A DNA stretch of 64,000 nucleotides from an uncultured Gemmatimonadales bacterium (GTDB taxonomy: Bacteria > Gemmatimonadota > Gemmatimonadetes > Gemmatimonadales > GWC2-71-9), in NCBI GenBank assembly GCA_963844035.1, contig CAWJMT010000003.1, positions 320,001 to 384,000 of the forward strand. The letters run 5' to 3'. The notes beneath the pieces are model-generated. The model was not told the DNA's origin. It saw nothing but the letters and a program-made list of their open reading frames with translations, and ran no database searches. Made by a program: the position numbers and the translations under genes. Shown here piece by piece: positions 1-10,794 of the stretch. How positions within the stretch are numbered: the first letter of the stretch is position 1; every line of letters begins with the position of its first letter.

Positions 1-1156
<1,156 letters not shown>

Positions 1157-1161
1157 GTGGG

Positions 1162-1190
1162 AAGATACAAAAGTCGTGCCGTGGAGTCTA
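1162..1190 (-). promoter_or_regulatory. Putative sigma70 promoter for leaderless kdsB
   Basis: Minus strand TAGACT-17 bp-TATCTT-5 nt-GTG, with no SD motif. Confidence 0.45.
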
Positions 1191-1211
1191 GAGAGTCACG
1201 CTTCGCCACCA

Positions 1212-1784
1212 CTAAAAAGTTTTGCAGCAAGCGCTTACCGTGCTCGGTTCCGATGGACTCCGGGTGGAACTGCACGCCCAAAGATCGGGTGGGTCCGGTG
1301 CCTCATGGCCATGATCTCGGCGCCCTTGGGTCGGTCGGCGCTCCACGCGGTGACCTGCAGCTCCTTGGGGAGCGACTTGTGGCTCGACGACGAGCGAGTG
1401 ATACCGCATGCCGGTCACCGGGCTCGGAATCCCTTCGAACAGCGACGTCCTGTGTCGTGCACCACGCCGCAGGTCTTGCCGTGCATCAGTCGGTCGGCCC
1501 GCACGACTTTGCCGCCGAACGCCTGGCCGATCGCCTGGTGGCCGAGACAGACGCCGAGGATCGGGAATCTTCCCTGCCAGCGCCGTCACCAGAGGAACCA
1601 GGATCCCGGCGTCGGACGGTGTGCAGGGACCGGGAGAGAGCACGGCGGCCTTGGGCTTCAGCGCCAGGACTTCGTCGACGGTGACCGCGTCATTGCGGTA
1701 CACGGCGGGCTCCGCACCCAGCTCGCCCAGATACTGGACGAGGTTGTAGGTGAAGGAGTCGTAGTTGTCGAGGACGAAGAGCAT
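1212..1784 (-). CDS. Anthranilate/aminodeoxychorismate synthase component II (class I glutamine amidotransferase, TrpG/PabA family; internal frameshifts)
   Basis: [31 protein letters not shown] and GMRYHSLVV are present. GVCLGHQ and QFHPES motifs lie in shifted frames. Confidence 0.9.
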   Translation of the reverse strand: MLFVLDNYDSFTYNLVQYLGELGAEPAVYRNDAVTVDEVLALKPKAAVLSPGPCTPSDAGILVPLVTALAGKIPDPRRLSRPPGDRPGVRRQSRAGRPTDARQDLRRGARHRTSLFEGIPSPVTGMRYHSLVVEPQVAPQGAAGHRVERRPTQGRRDHGHEAPDPPDLWACSSTRSPSEPSTVSACCKTF

Positions 1785-4036
1785 TTAGAGCTTCATCCTC
1801 CGCACATACTCCCCGAAGCGTGGATCCGACCGCAGCGGATCGTGCATGGGCTCGACCTTCAAGTACGCGAGCCAACCCCGACGATGCTCGTACGCCCGCT
1901 CGAGCCACGCAAATGCCTCGTCACGGTTACCGAGGCCCAGGTGAACCATCTGCGGGGCGACCGGAGAGACGTATTCTGACTGGCTGCGCGCCTCGAGCTG
2001 GGCGACAATCGCCTCCGCTTCCTGGCGGTTGCCGCGCACTGCCAGAAGGTACCCGAGGCTTGCGGTGGCGTACGCACTTTCCCCGAGCATGGCGGTGGCT
2101 TCGCGCAAGGCGCGCTCCGCCTGGTCGTACGCCCCTTGTTGTGTCAGGGTGAGGCCGAGGAGCCTGTAGGTCTCCTGCGAGGTCGGGTTCATCGCGATGG
2201 CTCGCCGCAGGTGATCGAGCGCGGTGTCGTAGCGCCGCGCGTAGTAGTACAGCCAGCCGAGTGAGCGGCGAATCGACACGGAGGCCGGATCGAGGTCCAG
2301 GGCGGCGTGCCCTTCAGCCAGGGCCTGGTCGAGCTGGCCGAGCGCCGCCAGCACGAAGCTGTACCACTGCCGCCCCGTGGCGTAGCTGGGGTTGAGCTCC
2401 AGCGCCCTCCGGAAGGTGCGCACGGCGCCGTGCCAGTCCCAATCGTAGATGAACAGGACCCAGGCGAGCGATGTGTGCGCCTCGGCCAGGGTGTCGTCGA
2501 GCGCCAGGGCCTTCCGGGCGAACTCCCGGGCGCGGGTGAGTCCCCCGTCCACGGGTACGCCCCGGTAGTCGACCTGCATCCCATACGCGTCGGCCAAGCC
2601 GGAATAGGCCAGAGCATAGTTCGGGTCGGCGGCAATCGCCTGCTCGAAGTAGTCGATCGATTCCCGGACCCCCTCATCCGAGCGCTTGTTCCAGGAATAG
2701 CGCCCGCGCAGGTAGAGCCCGTACGCCGCGACGTTCTCGGTGTAGCGACGCGGTGTGGGATCGGCGACCTCCGCGAGGAACGTCGTCCGCAGCGTGGTCA
2801 CGATGGTGCGGGCGATCTCGTCCTGAATGGCGAACACGTCGTCGAGCCGCCGATCGTAGCGGTCGGACCAGAGGTGCCGCCCGTCGTCGGCGGCGGTGAG
2901 GCGCGCCGTGATCCGCAGCTGGTCGCCGGCTTTGCGGACAGACCCTTCGAGCACCGCGGAGACGCCGAGCAGCGCCCCGATGGCGCGCACGTCCTGCGGC
3001 TTGTTCTTGAGCGCGAAGACCGAGGTGCGGGACGCCACGCGGAGTCCCCCGACCTTCGTGAACGCGTTGATCAGCTCTTCGGTGATGCCGTCGGAGAAAT
3101 AGTCGGTCTCCGGGTCGGGGCTCATGTTCACGAACGGCAGCACCGCGAGGGAGCGGGTGGTGCCGACCAGCGTGGTCTCCGGCCGCGGCCCCTGCCCCGC
3201 CTCGAGCGCTTCGAGGAAGCGCGGCCACGCTGGGATAGCGATCTTCCGGGTCCTTGGCGAGCGCGCGGGCGATCGCCTGCTCCACCGCCGGGGGCGTTTC
3301 GGGCCGCAGCGAGCGCACCGGCCGTGGATGCTCGGTCAGCTGACGCGCCATGATCGAGCGGGCGTTGGGACCCGCGAACGGCGGCTCGCCGGCCAGCATC
3401 TCGAACAGCACGCAGGCCAGACTGTAGAGATCGCTGCGCACGTCGAGCTCGCGCTCGGCGCTCGCCTGCTCGGGGCTCATGTATGCCGGGGTGCCCAGGG
3501 CCAATCCCGTCTCCGTGACCGGGTCGACGCCCGCGGCGGAGACGGCCCGCGCGATCCCGAAATCCGCGACCATGGCGTGGCCGTCGGCCAGGAGAATGTT
3601 CTCCGGCTTGATGTCCCGGTGCACGAACCCCTGGCGGTGCGCGTAGTCGAGCGCGGCGCCCACGTCGCGAGCCATACGGAGGGCATCGCGCACGGGACAG
3701 CTGCTGCTCGCGCATCAGCCGATGCCGCAGCGACTCGCCCGACACGTAGGGCATGACGTAGTAGAGCAACCCGGCCGCTTCGCCCGAGTCGATGAGCGGG
3801 AGGATATGTGGATGGGTCAGCAGCGCCGCGATCCCGATCTCGCGCAGAAACCGCTCGGCGCCGAGCTGCAGGGCGAGATCGCGCCGCAGCGCCTTCACCG
3901 CCACTTTGCGGTGATGCTTGCGGTCCTCGGCGAGATAGACGGTGGCCATGCCGCCCCGCCCCAGCTCGCGTTCGATCGAGTAGCGGGCGGCGAGTGCGGA
4001 AGCGAGGTCGAGAGGGACTTGGGTCGCGTCGGCCAT
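1785..4036 (-). CDS. Hanks-type Ser/Thr protein kinase with TolB-like and TPR C-terminal domains (two frameshifts, ~3700 and ~3220)
   Basis: ELGRGGMATVY, VAVK, HRDIKPEN, ADFGIARA, GTPAYMSPEQ and SDLYSL are followed by AVLPFVNMSPDPETDYFSDGITEELI and TPR helices, across ORFs 3128-4054, 2674-3693 and 1785-3143. Confidence 0.9.
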
Positions 4037-4044
4037 TCGGCGGG

Positions 4045-4053
4045 ATAATACCA
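4045..4053 (-). promoter_or_regulatory. Extended -10 promoter (TGnTATTAT) 8 nt upstream of the kinase ATG
   Basis: Minus strand TG-G-TATTAT-cccgccga-ATG, with no SD motif. Confidence 0.55.
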
Positions 4054-4090
4054 CGGCGGCCGACGCGGGCGGGAGGGCGCTCCCGGTCTG

Positions 4091-4276
4091 CTAGAACTCG
4101 CGCTTCTTCATTTCCGAGAAAAAGTCCCGCAGGTCCGTATCTTCCTCGTGGTCGGAGGGAAGCGTGCTGTCGTATTGCCGGCGCCGGTTGGGTTTCCCCT
4201 TGGCCGGATTCGCGGCCGCCTTCGCGGCGTTCTTGCGGGCCAGTGCTTCTATCTTCTGATCGTCGTTCTTCGCCAT
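4091..4276 (-). CDS. Small hypothetical protein (61 aa, basic N-half and acidic C-half)
   Basis: Strong AAGGAGG SD before ATG 4276: MAKNDDQKIEALARKNAAKAAANPAKGKPNRRRQYDSTLPSDHEEDTDLRDFFSEMKKREF. Confidence 0.7.
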   Translation of the reverse strand: MAKNDDQKIEALARKNAAKAAANPAKGKPNRRRQYDSTLPSDHEEDTDLRDFFSEMKKREF

Positions 4277-4378
4277 CGTCGGTGCCTCCTTACGGACAGC
4301 GTCGTCGGGGTCGCCATTCAATTTAGCGCATTCTGGGCGCGGCGTCACCTGTCTGGCCCTGAACGGCGTCGGCGAGGA

Positions 4379-4869
4379 TCAGCGGGGAGAACGAAAGCGC
4401 ACGTGCCACTTGGGGATGAGCGATCCGATGCCGGCGCCTACCAGGGCGCCCCCGGCGCCGCCGACGGCGGCGCCGGCGAGCGCGCAGTCGGCCCATTGGT
4501 CTTCGTTCCCGATCTCACCGTCGTCGGCTCGCCCGATCGAGCAGGCAACGGCGACCGCGTAGCCGCCCACCACGCCTCCGGCGACCGCGCCGACAATGGC
4601 GGCCGTCTTGGTCGCCCGGCCACGCTCGTGCAGCTCCTCGATCCGATCAACCGCCAACCATCGCTCGCCGCTTGGTCCCGCGAGAAGCAGCGAGTCCGCG
4701 GTCACGCGTGCCGAGGCGTCCTTCGAGCTGTTCCCCGCCCGTGAGCCCGACTCTGATGAGGGTTCCGGACCGGATGCGAGCGAGCGCGGCGCTGGCTTCG
4801 CTCCCGGGCGGCTCCGGTGCCGGGCGGGGAAGCGATAAGAGCGGCGATCAGTAGGGCAGCAGTACTCAT
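4379..4869 (-). CDS. Hypothetical exported/membrane protein with glycine-zipper-like segments (frameshifted)
   Basis: Signal-like N-terminus MSTAALLIAALIASP in one frame. The C-terminal GAVAGGVVGG...GAAVGGAGGALVGAGIGSLIPKW is in ORF 4379-5032. Confidence 0.55.
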
Positions 4870-4883
4870 GGGCTGGTTCCCGA

Positions 4884-5811
4884 TCAGGCTCTCGGGTGGT
4901 ACTGCCGGTGCACGGTCCGGAGGTATTCCCGGTCCACGTGGGTGTAGAGCTGCGTGGTGGCCAGATCGGCGTGGCCGAGCATCTCCTGCACCGCCCGCAA
5001 GTCCGCGCCCCCCTCGAGCAGGTGGGTGGCAAAGGTGTGGCGCAGCGTGTGGGGCGAGACCTTCTTGGTGATGCCGGCGGCCCGCGCCGCCCGCTTGATC
5101 ACCGACCACGCCCCGACGCGCGACAGGCGGGTCCCGCGCGCGTTCAGAAACACGAACCCCTTCCCCTGCCCGCGGTCGAAGCGCGGCCGGATCTCGCGGG
5201 CGTACAGCGCCACCGCTCCCAGCGCCCGCCGGCCCACCGGGATCACGCGCTGCTTCGACCCCTTGCCGAACAGGCGGGCGAGTCCGTCTTCGTACATCAC
5301 GTCCTGCAGGCGCAGCGCCACCACCTCCGACACCCGCGCGCCGGTCGCGTACGCGAATTCGAGCAGCGCGCGGTCGCGAATGGCGAGCGGCTCGTCGGTA
5401 TTGGGGGCTGCCAGCAGGCGCTCGATTTCGGCAACCGACAGGACCGACGGGAGGGTGCGGCCCAGCTTGGGGGACTCGATGCGCTCGCTCGGGTCGCGGG
5501 TGGCGAGCGCTTCGCCCACCAGGAACTTGTAGTACGTCCGGATGGCCGAGATCTGGCGGCGAATGGTGGTGGGGGCGAGGCCCGAGATCCTTGAGGGCGT
5601 ACACGAACTCGCGCAGCTGGGCCGTTGTGACCGCCGTGGGACCGCGGGCGCCGCCCGATCCCGCATGCGCCACCAGCCGCCGGATGTCGCGCACGTAGTT
5701 CTCCACGGTGTGCGGGCTGTTGCCGGCCTCGAGCGAGAGGTAGTCGCGAAACCGCTCGAGGTGGAAGGCCCGCTCGAGGGACTCCATCGCGGGCGTCGCG
5801 GTCTCAGCCAC
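4884..5811 (-). CDS. xerD: Site-specific tyrosine recombinase XerD (frameshift ~5582)
   Basis: [88 protein letters not shown]. Confidence 0.9.
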
Positions 5812-6310
5812 CGCCTGGTGCCTGTCCTATCAGGCGGCGCGCTTGCGCCAGATGATGCTCGAGGTGCGCGACGTAGTCCTCGATGAGATAGCCCAGCGTG
5901 GCCGGCTCCGAGCGAGGCACCGGCCGCCACCCCAGCGCGTCGAGGTTGTGCTCCGGCCGCGGTCGCTCCAACACCGCGGGCGGGATGACGCGCACGACGT
6001 GCACCAGCTGTTGGTTGTAGGCGGCCCACAGCGTCACCAGAGCGGGCCACTCCGCGTCCTGATACCGCTGGCTATTCACCCAGGCGTCCTGCGCATAACC
6101 GGGAAAGACGAGCGGATCCTGCATCTGCGCCTCAACGAAGCGGCGATGATTGTTGGCGGCGGAATCGATCAGGTGGCCGATGATTTCCTTGACGCACCAT
6201 TTCCCGGGGGCTGGACGCCGGCTCGCCTGAACGTCGGAGAGCCGGCTCAAGTCGACCGCGGCCTGCCGCACGCTGTGTTGCCAGCGGGCGAGCAGGACAT
6301 CGCGGTTCAC
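5804..6310 (-). CDS. DinB/YfiT-like family protein
   Basis: [26 protein letters not shown]...[12 protein letters not shown]is motifs. GTG start overlaps the mscL stop. Confidence 0.85.
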   Translation of the reverse strand: MNRDVLLARWQHSVRQAAVDLSRLSDVQASRRPAPGKWCVKEIIGHLIDSAANNHRRFVEAQMQDPLVFPGYAQDAWVNSQRYQDAEWPALVTLWAAYNQQLVHVVRVIPPAVLERPRPEHNLDALGWRPVPRSEPATLGYLIEDYVAHLEHHLAQARRLIGQAPGGG

Positions 6311-6769
6311 GGCAGTGCGGACGTGCAGTGCGGGCACCTCGTCGCTTTCAGCGGTACGATCGACAGGCAAAAGGGGCACTCTTTGGTCGAGGGCGCTGCC
6401 GGCACCGCCACCGGACGCGGCGTGAGCTTGGCCATCGCGCGGACGATCATGAATACTACCCACGCGACGATAAGGAACGTCACCACCTTGGTGATAAACA
6501 GGCCGTAGTTCAGCGTCACCGCGCCCGCAGCCTTGGCGCCCGCCAGCGACTCGTACGGTCCCGCGGACTTGGCACCCTCCTTCAGCGTCAGGAACAGGTT
6601 CGAGAAATCGACGCTCCCCAGCAGCGAGCCCGATGGGGGGCATGATGAGGTCGTCCACCAAGGAGGAGACGATCGCGCCGAACGCAGCGCCGATGATGAC
6701 GGCGGTCGCGAGGTCGACGACGTTGCCCCGCATGACGAAGTCACGGAAATCCTTCCCGATGGTGCTCAT
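6307..6769 (-). CDS. mscL: Large-conductance mechanosensitive channel with C-terminal CxxC-CxxC tail (frameshift ~6635)
   Basis: [40 protein letters not shown], then [21 protein letters not shown] and [23 protein letters not shown]. Confidence 0.9.
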
Positions 6770-7332
6770 GCGTGCGGCCACAGCCAGCCGAACGTGCCGG
6801 CGGTCAGCAGGGCGTAGATCAACCCGTCGATCGTGGACCGGATCGAGGTGCCGACTGCGCGGCGGTACCAGATGGTGAGCGGCCAGAGCCCGAGCGAGTA
6901 TCCCATGAAGCGTGGCGGTCCCAACGAACTGGAACACCCGGAGGTAGTCGCGTGCCCGGGGGCAGCGCGCGCCCCGCCACGTATGCGGCGAACATGCCGA
7001 CGACGATGGAGAAGACGAACCAGAGCGTCAGCTCCCTCCCCATCGTGACGGGGCCGTTCGGGAGCACCGTGACGATCATGGCCGGGCCCTTGCTCCGCTT
7101 GGCGACGAACTCCGGCGAGCCCATGTCCTTCATGCTCGCAGGACGCGGGAACATGTAGTCACCGGGCGGGATCCCGAGCGGCCGGAGCGCGTCCATGACC
7201 TTGTCTTCGTTGGGGATCTTGGGATAGTCGCCCGTGTGCCAGGGCGTGAACATGTGGATGACGGAACTCGCGACAAAGACGATCACCGCCGACAGCAGGA
7301 TGGGGAGCCACAGCACGTGTGAGCTCGGTCAT
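6766..7332 (-). CDS. Hypothetical integral membrane protein (frameshifted)
   Basis: AGGAGG SD before ATG 7332. [26 protein letters not shown]...several TM helices. The stop overlaps the mscL ATG (ATGA). Confidence 0.7.
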
Positions 7333-7417
7333 GACAACCTCCTAGGGTTGATGCTCCGACGATCGCGAGATGAAGGTCGCGGGGCTCGTATAAGCTGCGG
7401 GCAAGTTGGGGTGGGCG

Positions 7418-8011
7418 CTACCGCTTCAGCCGTCGCCAGACGATGAATGCGACGACCGCCGCCACGACGAGCGCGCCGATGCCGAGCCAACGGTTCACCC
7501 GGCCCGAGCTGGGCCATCACGGTCTCGTAGTCGGTGCCCGAGCCGCATCACGAGGACGGTCAGGGCGCCGTACCACAGTCCCGATGCGAGCGCGACCGGG
7601 ATGAGGGTGCGCGCCGGGAGAGAGTCCGGCGATCCCGGCGAAGGGCGGGACGACGGCGCGCCACACGGGCAGCAGGCGGCTGAGGAAGATGCCGACGGTA
7701 CCGTATCGCTGGTAGGCGCGCTCGAGGCGGTTGAGCACAGGCTTGGACAGCAGCTTCCGGCCGATCGGTCGCTGGAAGAAGGCGCGGCCATGGCGGCGCG
7801 CGAGACCGTAGACGGCTGCCGCCGACCCGACGTTGGCGACCCAGCAGCATCCAAAGACCGCCCAGGCGTTGAGCATGCCGCGTCCAGCAAGGAACGCGCC
7901 GAGGGCCACGACAGCGTCGGACGGGACGGGAGGAAAGAAATTTTCGAGCGCGGCGAGCAGGGCGATCACCGCATAGAGGACTCCGGGAGGGAGACCCTCG
8001 AGGAATTCCAG
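7418..8011 (-). CDS. DedA family membrane protein (frameshifted; start uncertain)
   Basis: [22 protein letters not shown] and [20 protein letters not shown] (DedA motif), ending [12 protein letters not shown] at 7418. Confidence 0.85.
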
Positions 8012-8015
8012 GGAC

Positions 8016-8484
8016 CTACTCCAGCGCCACCACCGCGATCGCCGCGATGCCCTCGCCCCGTCCGATGAATCCCATCCGCTCGTTGGTCTTCCCTTTGACC
8101 GAGATGTCGGACGTACCGCACAGCAGCGCGCCGGCGAGCTTCTCCCGCATCTCTTCTACGAACAGGGCGATCGGCGGCTGCTCGGCGATGACGGTGACGT
8201 CGGCGTTGACGAGGTGCAACCGCATCTCGACCACCTGCAGGTACGCCTGCTTGAGGAGGTGGAGGGAGTTGGCGTTTTGCCACTGGGGATCGGTATCGGG
8301 GAACAGCGCACCGATGTCGCCCAGACCCGGCCGCGCCGAGCACCGCATCGGTCAGCGCGTGTGCCACAACGTCGGCGTCGGAATGGCCGGCGAGGCCCAG
8401 CGCGTGCGGGATCTCGACGCCACCGAGGATCAGCTTGCGGTTCTCGACAAAACGATGCGAGTCGAACCCGATGCCGACGCGCAC
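8016..8484 (-). CDS. ispF: 2-C-methyl-D-erythritol 2,4-cyclodiphosphate synthase (frameshift ~8330)
   Basis: [63 protein letters not shown]. Confidence 0.95.
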
Positions 8485-8904
8485 CTAGACCTTCAGCATT
8501 CGGATGGCGAGGTGGGCGGCGTTCTTGGCGTTGTCGATCCCGACGGTGGCCACCGGCACGCCCGGGGGTACCTGCACCGTGGCGAGCAGCGCGTCGAGAC
8601 CGTTCAAGGGACCGACCGCGAAGGGCACGCCGATCACCGGCAGATCGGTGAGGGAGGCGGCGAACCCCGGCAGTGCGGCTGACAGCCCCGCCCCGGCGAT
8701 AATGACCTTGAACCCGTTCTTGCGGGCCTGCTTGATCAGGTCGCCGGTCTGGTCGGGCTGGCGGTGGGCGGACGAGACGTGGAATTCGTAGGTGACCCCC
8801 GCTTTTCCCAGTATCTCGAACGCGGGCTCGATCCGCGGCTTGTCGCTCTCTGATCCGACGACGATGAGCACGTCAGGCAAGGGAGTACCCTTCCCTTTGA
8901 TCAC
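8485..8904 (-). CDS. purE: N5-carboxyaminoimidazole ribonucleotide mutase / AIR carboxylase
   Basis: VGSESD, SSAHRQP, IIAGAGLSAALPG, PVIGVP, GLDALLATVQVPPGVPVATVGIDNAKNAA. Confidence 0.9.
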   Translation of the reverse strand: MIKGKGTPLPDVLIVVGSESDKPRIEPAFEILGKAGVTYEFHVSSAHRQPDQTGDLIKQARKNGFKVIIAGAGLSAALPGFAASLTDLPVIGVPFAVGPLNGLDALLATVQVPPGVPVATVGIDNAKNAAHLAIRMLKV

Positions 8905-9944
8905 GCTGCGTCCTCCAGGATCGTATAGTCTTGCCGGCGCTGCCGCGCGGCATACCCGCCGTCCGTGATCAAGCGCCGCATCTCCTCGAGCGTCATCTGA
9001 TAGGTCGTGCCGGCGGCCGACACGACGTTCTCCTCCATCATCAACGAGCCGAAATCGTTGGCCCCGAAGCGGAGCGCCACTTGCCCGATCTTCGGGCCCA
9101 TCGTCACCCACGAGGCCTGAATGTTGGGGACATCTTCGAGCACGATGCGGGCGATCGCCTGAGTGCGCAGGTAGGTCGCGGCGTCGGTTTTGGGCATGTC
9201 CGCCATCCCGGTGTTCTCGGGCTGGAGCGGCCAGCAGATGAACGCGGTGAACCCGCGCGTCCGGCGCTGGACCTCGCGCACCCGGAACAAGTGCTCGATG
9301 CGGTCGGCGGGGGTCTCCCCCAGGCCGTACATCATCGTCACCGAGGTCTTCAGGCCCAGTCCGTGGGCGATCTCCATCACCTCGAGCCAGCGATCGGCGC
9401 CGGCCTTTTTCTTCGCGACCCGGTCGCGGACCTCCTGCACCAGGATTTCCCCGCCGCCGCCCGGAATCGAATCGAGCCCGGCGTCGATCAGCGCGCGGAT
9501 GACCTCCTCGATCGTCATCCCGAACCGCCCGGCAAAGAAGTCGACCTCCGAGGGGGAGAACCCGTGAATATGAATCGGATGGTTGCGCTTGATGTAGCGC
9601 AGCAGATCGAGGTACCACTCGAACGGGATGTACGGGTTGTGCCCGCCCTGCATCAGGATCTGCACGCCTCCCAGCGCCTTCACGGCGTCGATCTTCCGGC
9701 CGATCTCCTCGAAAGACAGGACGTACCCCTCGCGGTCCTTGGGGCGGCGGAAGAACGCGCAGAACTTGCAGTCCGCGACGCACACGTTGGTGTAGTTGAT
9801 GTTCCGGTCCACGATGTAGGTGACGACCGGCTCGGGATGGAGGGTCCAACGCGTGCGATCGGCCGCGTCGCCCAGGTCGAGCAGCGGGGCCTGCTCGTAG
9901 AGATCGAGATAGGAGCGGAATTCGGACGACGCGCGGTCAATCAT
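8901..9944 (-). CDS. mqnC: Cyclic dehypoxanthinyl futalosine synthase (radical SAM)
   Basis: VTYIVDRNINYTNVCVADCKFCAF, GGGGEIL, NIQASWVTMG, GANDFGSLMMEENVVSAAG. Adjacent to mqnA/mqnE. Confidence 0.9.
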   Translation of the reverse strand: MIDRASSEFRSYLDLYEQAPLLDLGDAADRTRWTLHPEPVVTYIVDRNINYTNVCVADCKFCAFFRRPKDREGYVLSFEEIGRKIDAVKALGGVQILMQGGHNPYIPFEWYLDLLRYIKRNHPIHIHGFSPSEVDFFAGRFGMTIEEVIRALIDAGLDSIPGGGGEILVQEVRDRVAKKKAGADRWLEVMEIAHGLGLKTSVTMMYGLGETPADRIEHLFRVREVQRRTRGFTAFICWPLQPENTGMADMPKTDAATYLRTQAIARIVLEDVPNIQASWVTMGPKIGQVALRFGANDFGSLMMEENVVSAAGTTYQMTLEEMRRLITDGGYAARQRRQDYTILEDAA

Positions 9945-9971
9945 GCTCGGGCATGCTCGGGCACGCTCAGG
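9942..9971. repeat. 10-bp tandem repeat x3 (CATGCTCGGG, CATGCTCGGG, CACGCTCAGG) spanning the mqnA-mqnC junction
   Basis: Read directly. It contains the mqnA stop and the mqnC ATG. Confidence 0.75.
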
Positions 9972-10794
9972 CCACCTGGAGGAAGCGTAGCGAGCCGGCG
10001 GGGACGATCCCGCGCGCGGCGAGCCGGCGGAAGAAGTCGCTGAGCCCCGCGAGATGGACCTCGCTGAAGGCGTAGTCCAGGCCGGCGAAGTACGTCCGGC
10101 ACTCCGCGACGGGGACACCCGTCGCCGCTGCGGCCGTCTCTGCGAGCAGGTCGAGGTGCGCCAGGCCCCACGCGCGGGCCTCGAGCAACGCCTGGTGGAT
10201 CGCGCGCACCCGTTCGCTGTCCGCGCTGCGGCGGGCGGCCCAGACGGCGAACACGAATGGCAGACCGGTCCACTGCTTCCACGCCGCCCCGAGGTCGAGA
10301 CGGTGGGCGTACGTGCCCCGCGCCGCCAACAGCAGTGCGGGGTCGCCGATCACGAGTACCGCGTCGTGCGGCAAGCCCGCGAGCGAATCCAGATCGGTGG
10401 CTTCGGCCCGCACCTGAGCGAACTGGGGGTGCACCCGCCAGAGATCGCGGCACAGCAGCTCGAGCAGCGCCACGGAGGTGCGCGACGAGGCGGTGACGAG
10501 CACCGTCGCCCCGTCGAGCTGCGACACCGGAACCTTGCTGAACAGGGCGACGCTCTGCGCGGGACCGTCGCAGGAGATCGCGAGGTTCGGGAGCAGGACC
10601 AGATCCTTCGTGTGCCGCGCGTACTCGATCGCGCTGATCACGCTGACGTCGAGCTCCCCCGCGACCAGCAGCTCGTTCAGCTCGGCCGGCGTGCCGGTCA
10701 CCAGTTCGGCCGGCATGTGCACCGCGCCGCGGTCGATCGCGCCGTACACCGGGTAGCAGTTGATGTAGCCGATGCGGCCGAGCTTCATGGTCAT
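9967..10794 (-). CDS. mqnA: Chorismate dehydratase (futalosine pathway)
   Basis: MKLGRIGYINCYPVY, ISCDGPAQSV, SSRTSVALL, LVIGDPAL, DLGAAWKQWTGLPFVFAVWA. Confidence 0.9.
   Translation of the reverse strand: MTMKLGRIGYINCYPVYGAIDRGAVHMPAELVTGTPAELNELLVAGELDVSVISAIEYARHTKDLVLLPNLAISCDGPAQSVALFSKVPVSQLDGATVLVTASSRTSVALLELLCRDLWRVHPQFAQVRAEATDLDSLAGLPHDAVLVIGDPALLLAARGTYAHRLDLGAAWKQWTGLPFVFAVWAARRSADSERVRAIHQALLEARAWGLAHLDLLAETAAAATGVPVAECRTYFAGLDYAFSEVHLAGLSDFFRRLAARGIVPAGSLRFLQVA

Noticed and set aside
4884..5811. Tyrosine recombinase as a sign of an integrated element or prophage
   Set aside because: The sequence is typical chromosomal XerD. I saw no att repeats, tRNA, phage or cargo genes nearby.
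5804..6937. ORF-track 377-aa 'MscL-DinB fusion' and similar chimeric ORFs (10791-13151, 9967-11829, 8485-9849)
   Set aside because: These arise from frameshifts or upstream open frames joining separate genes, each of which has its own start.
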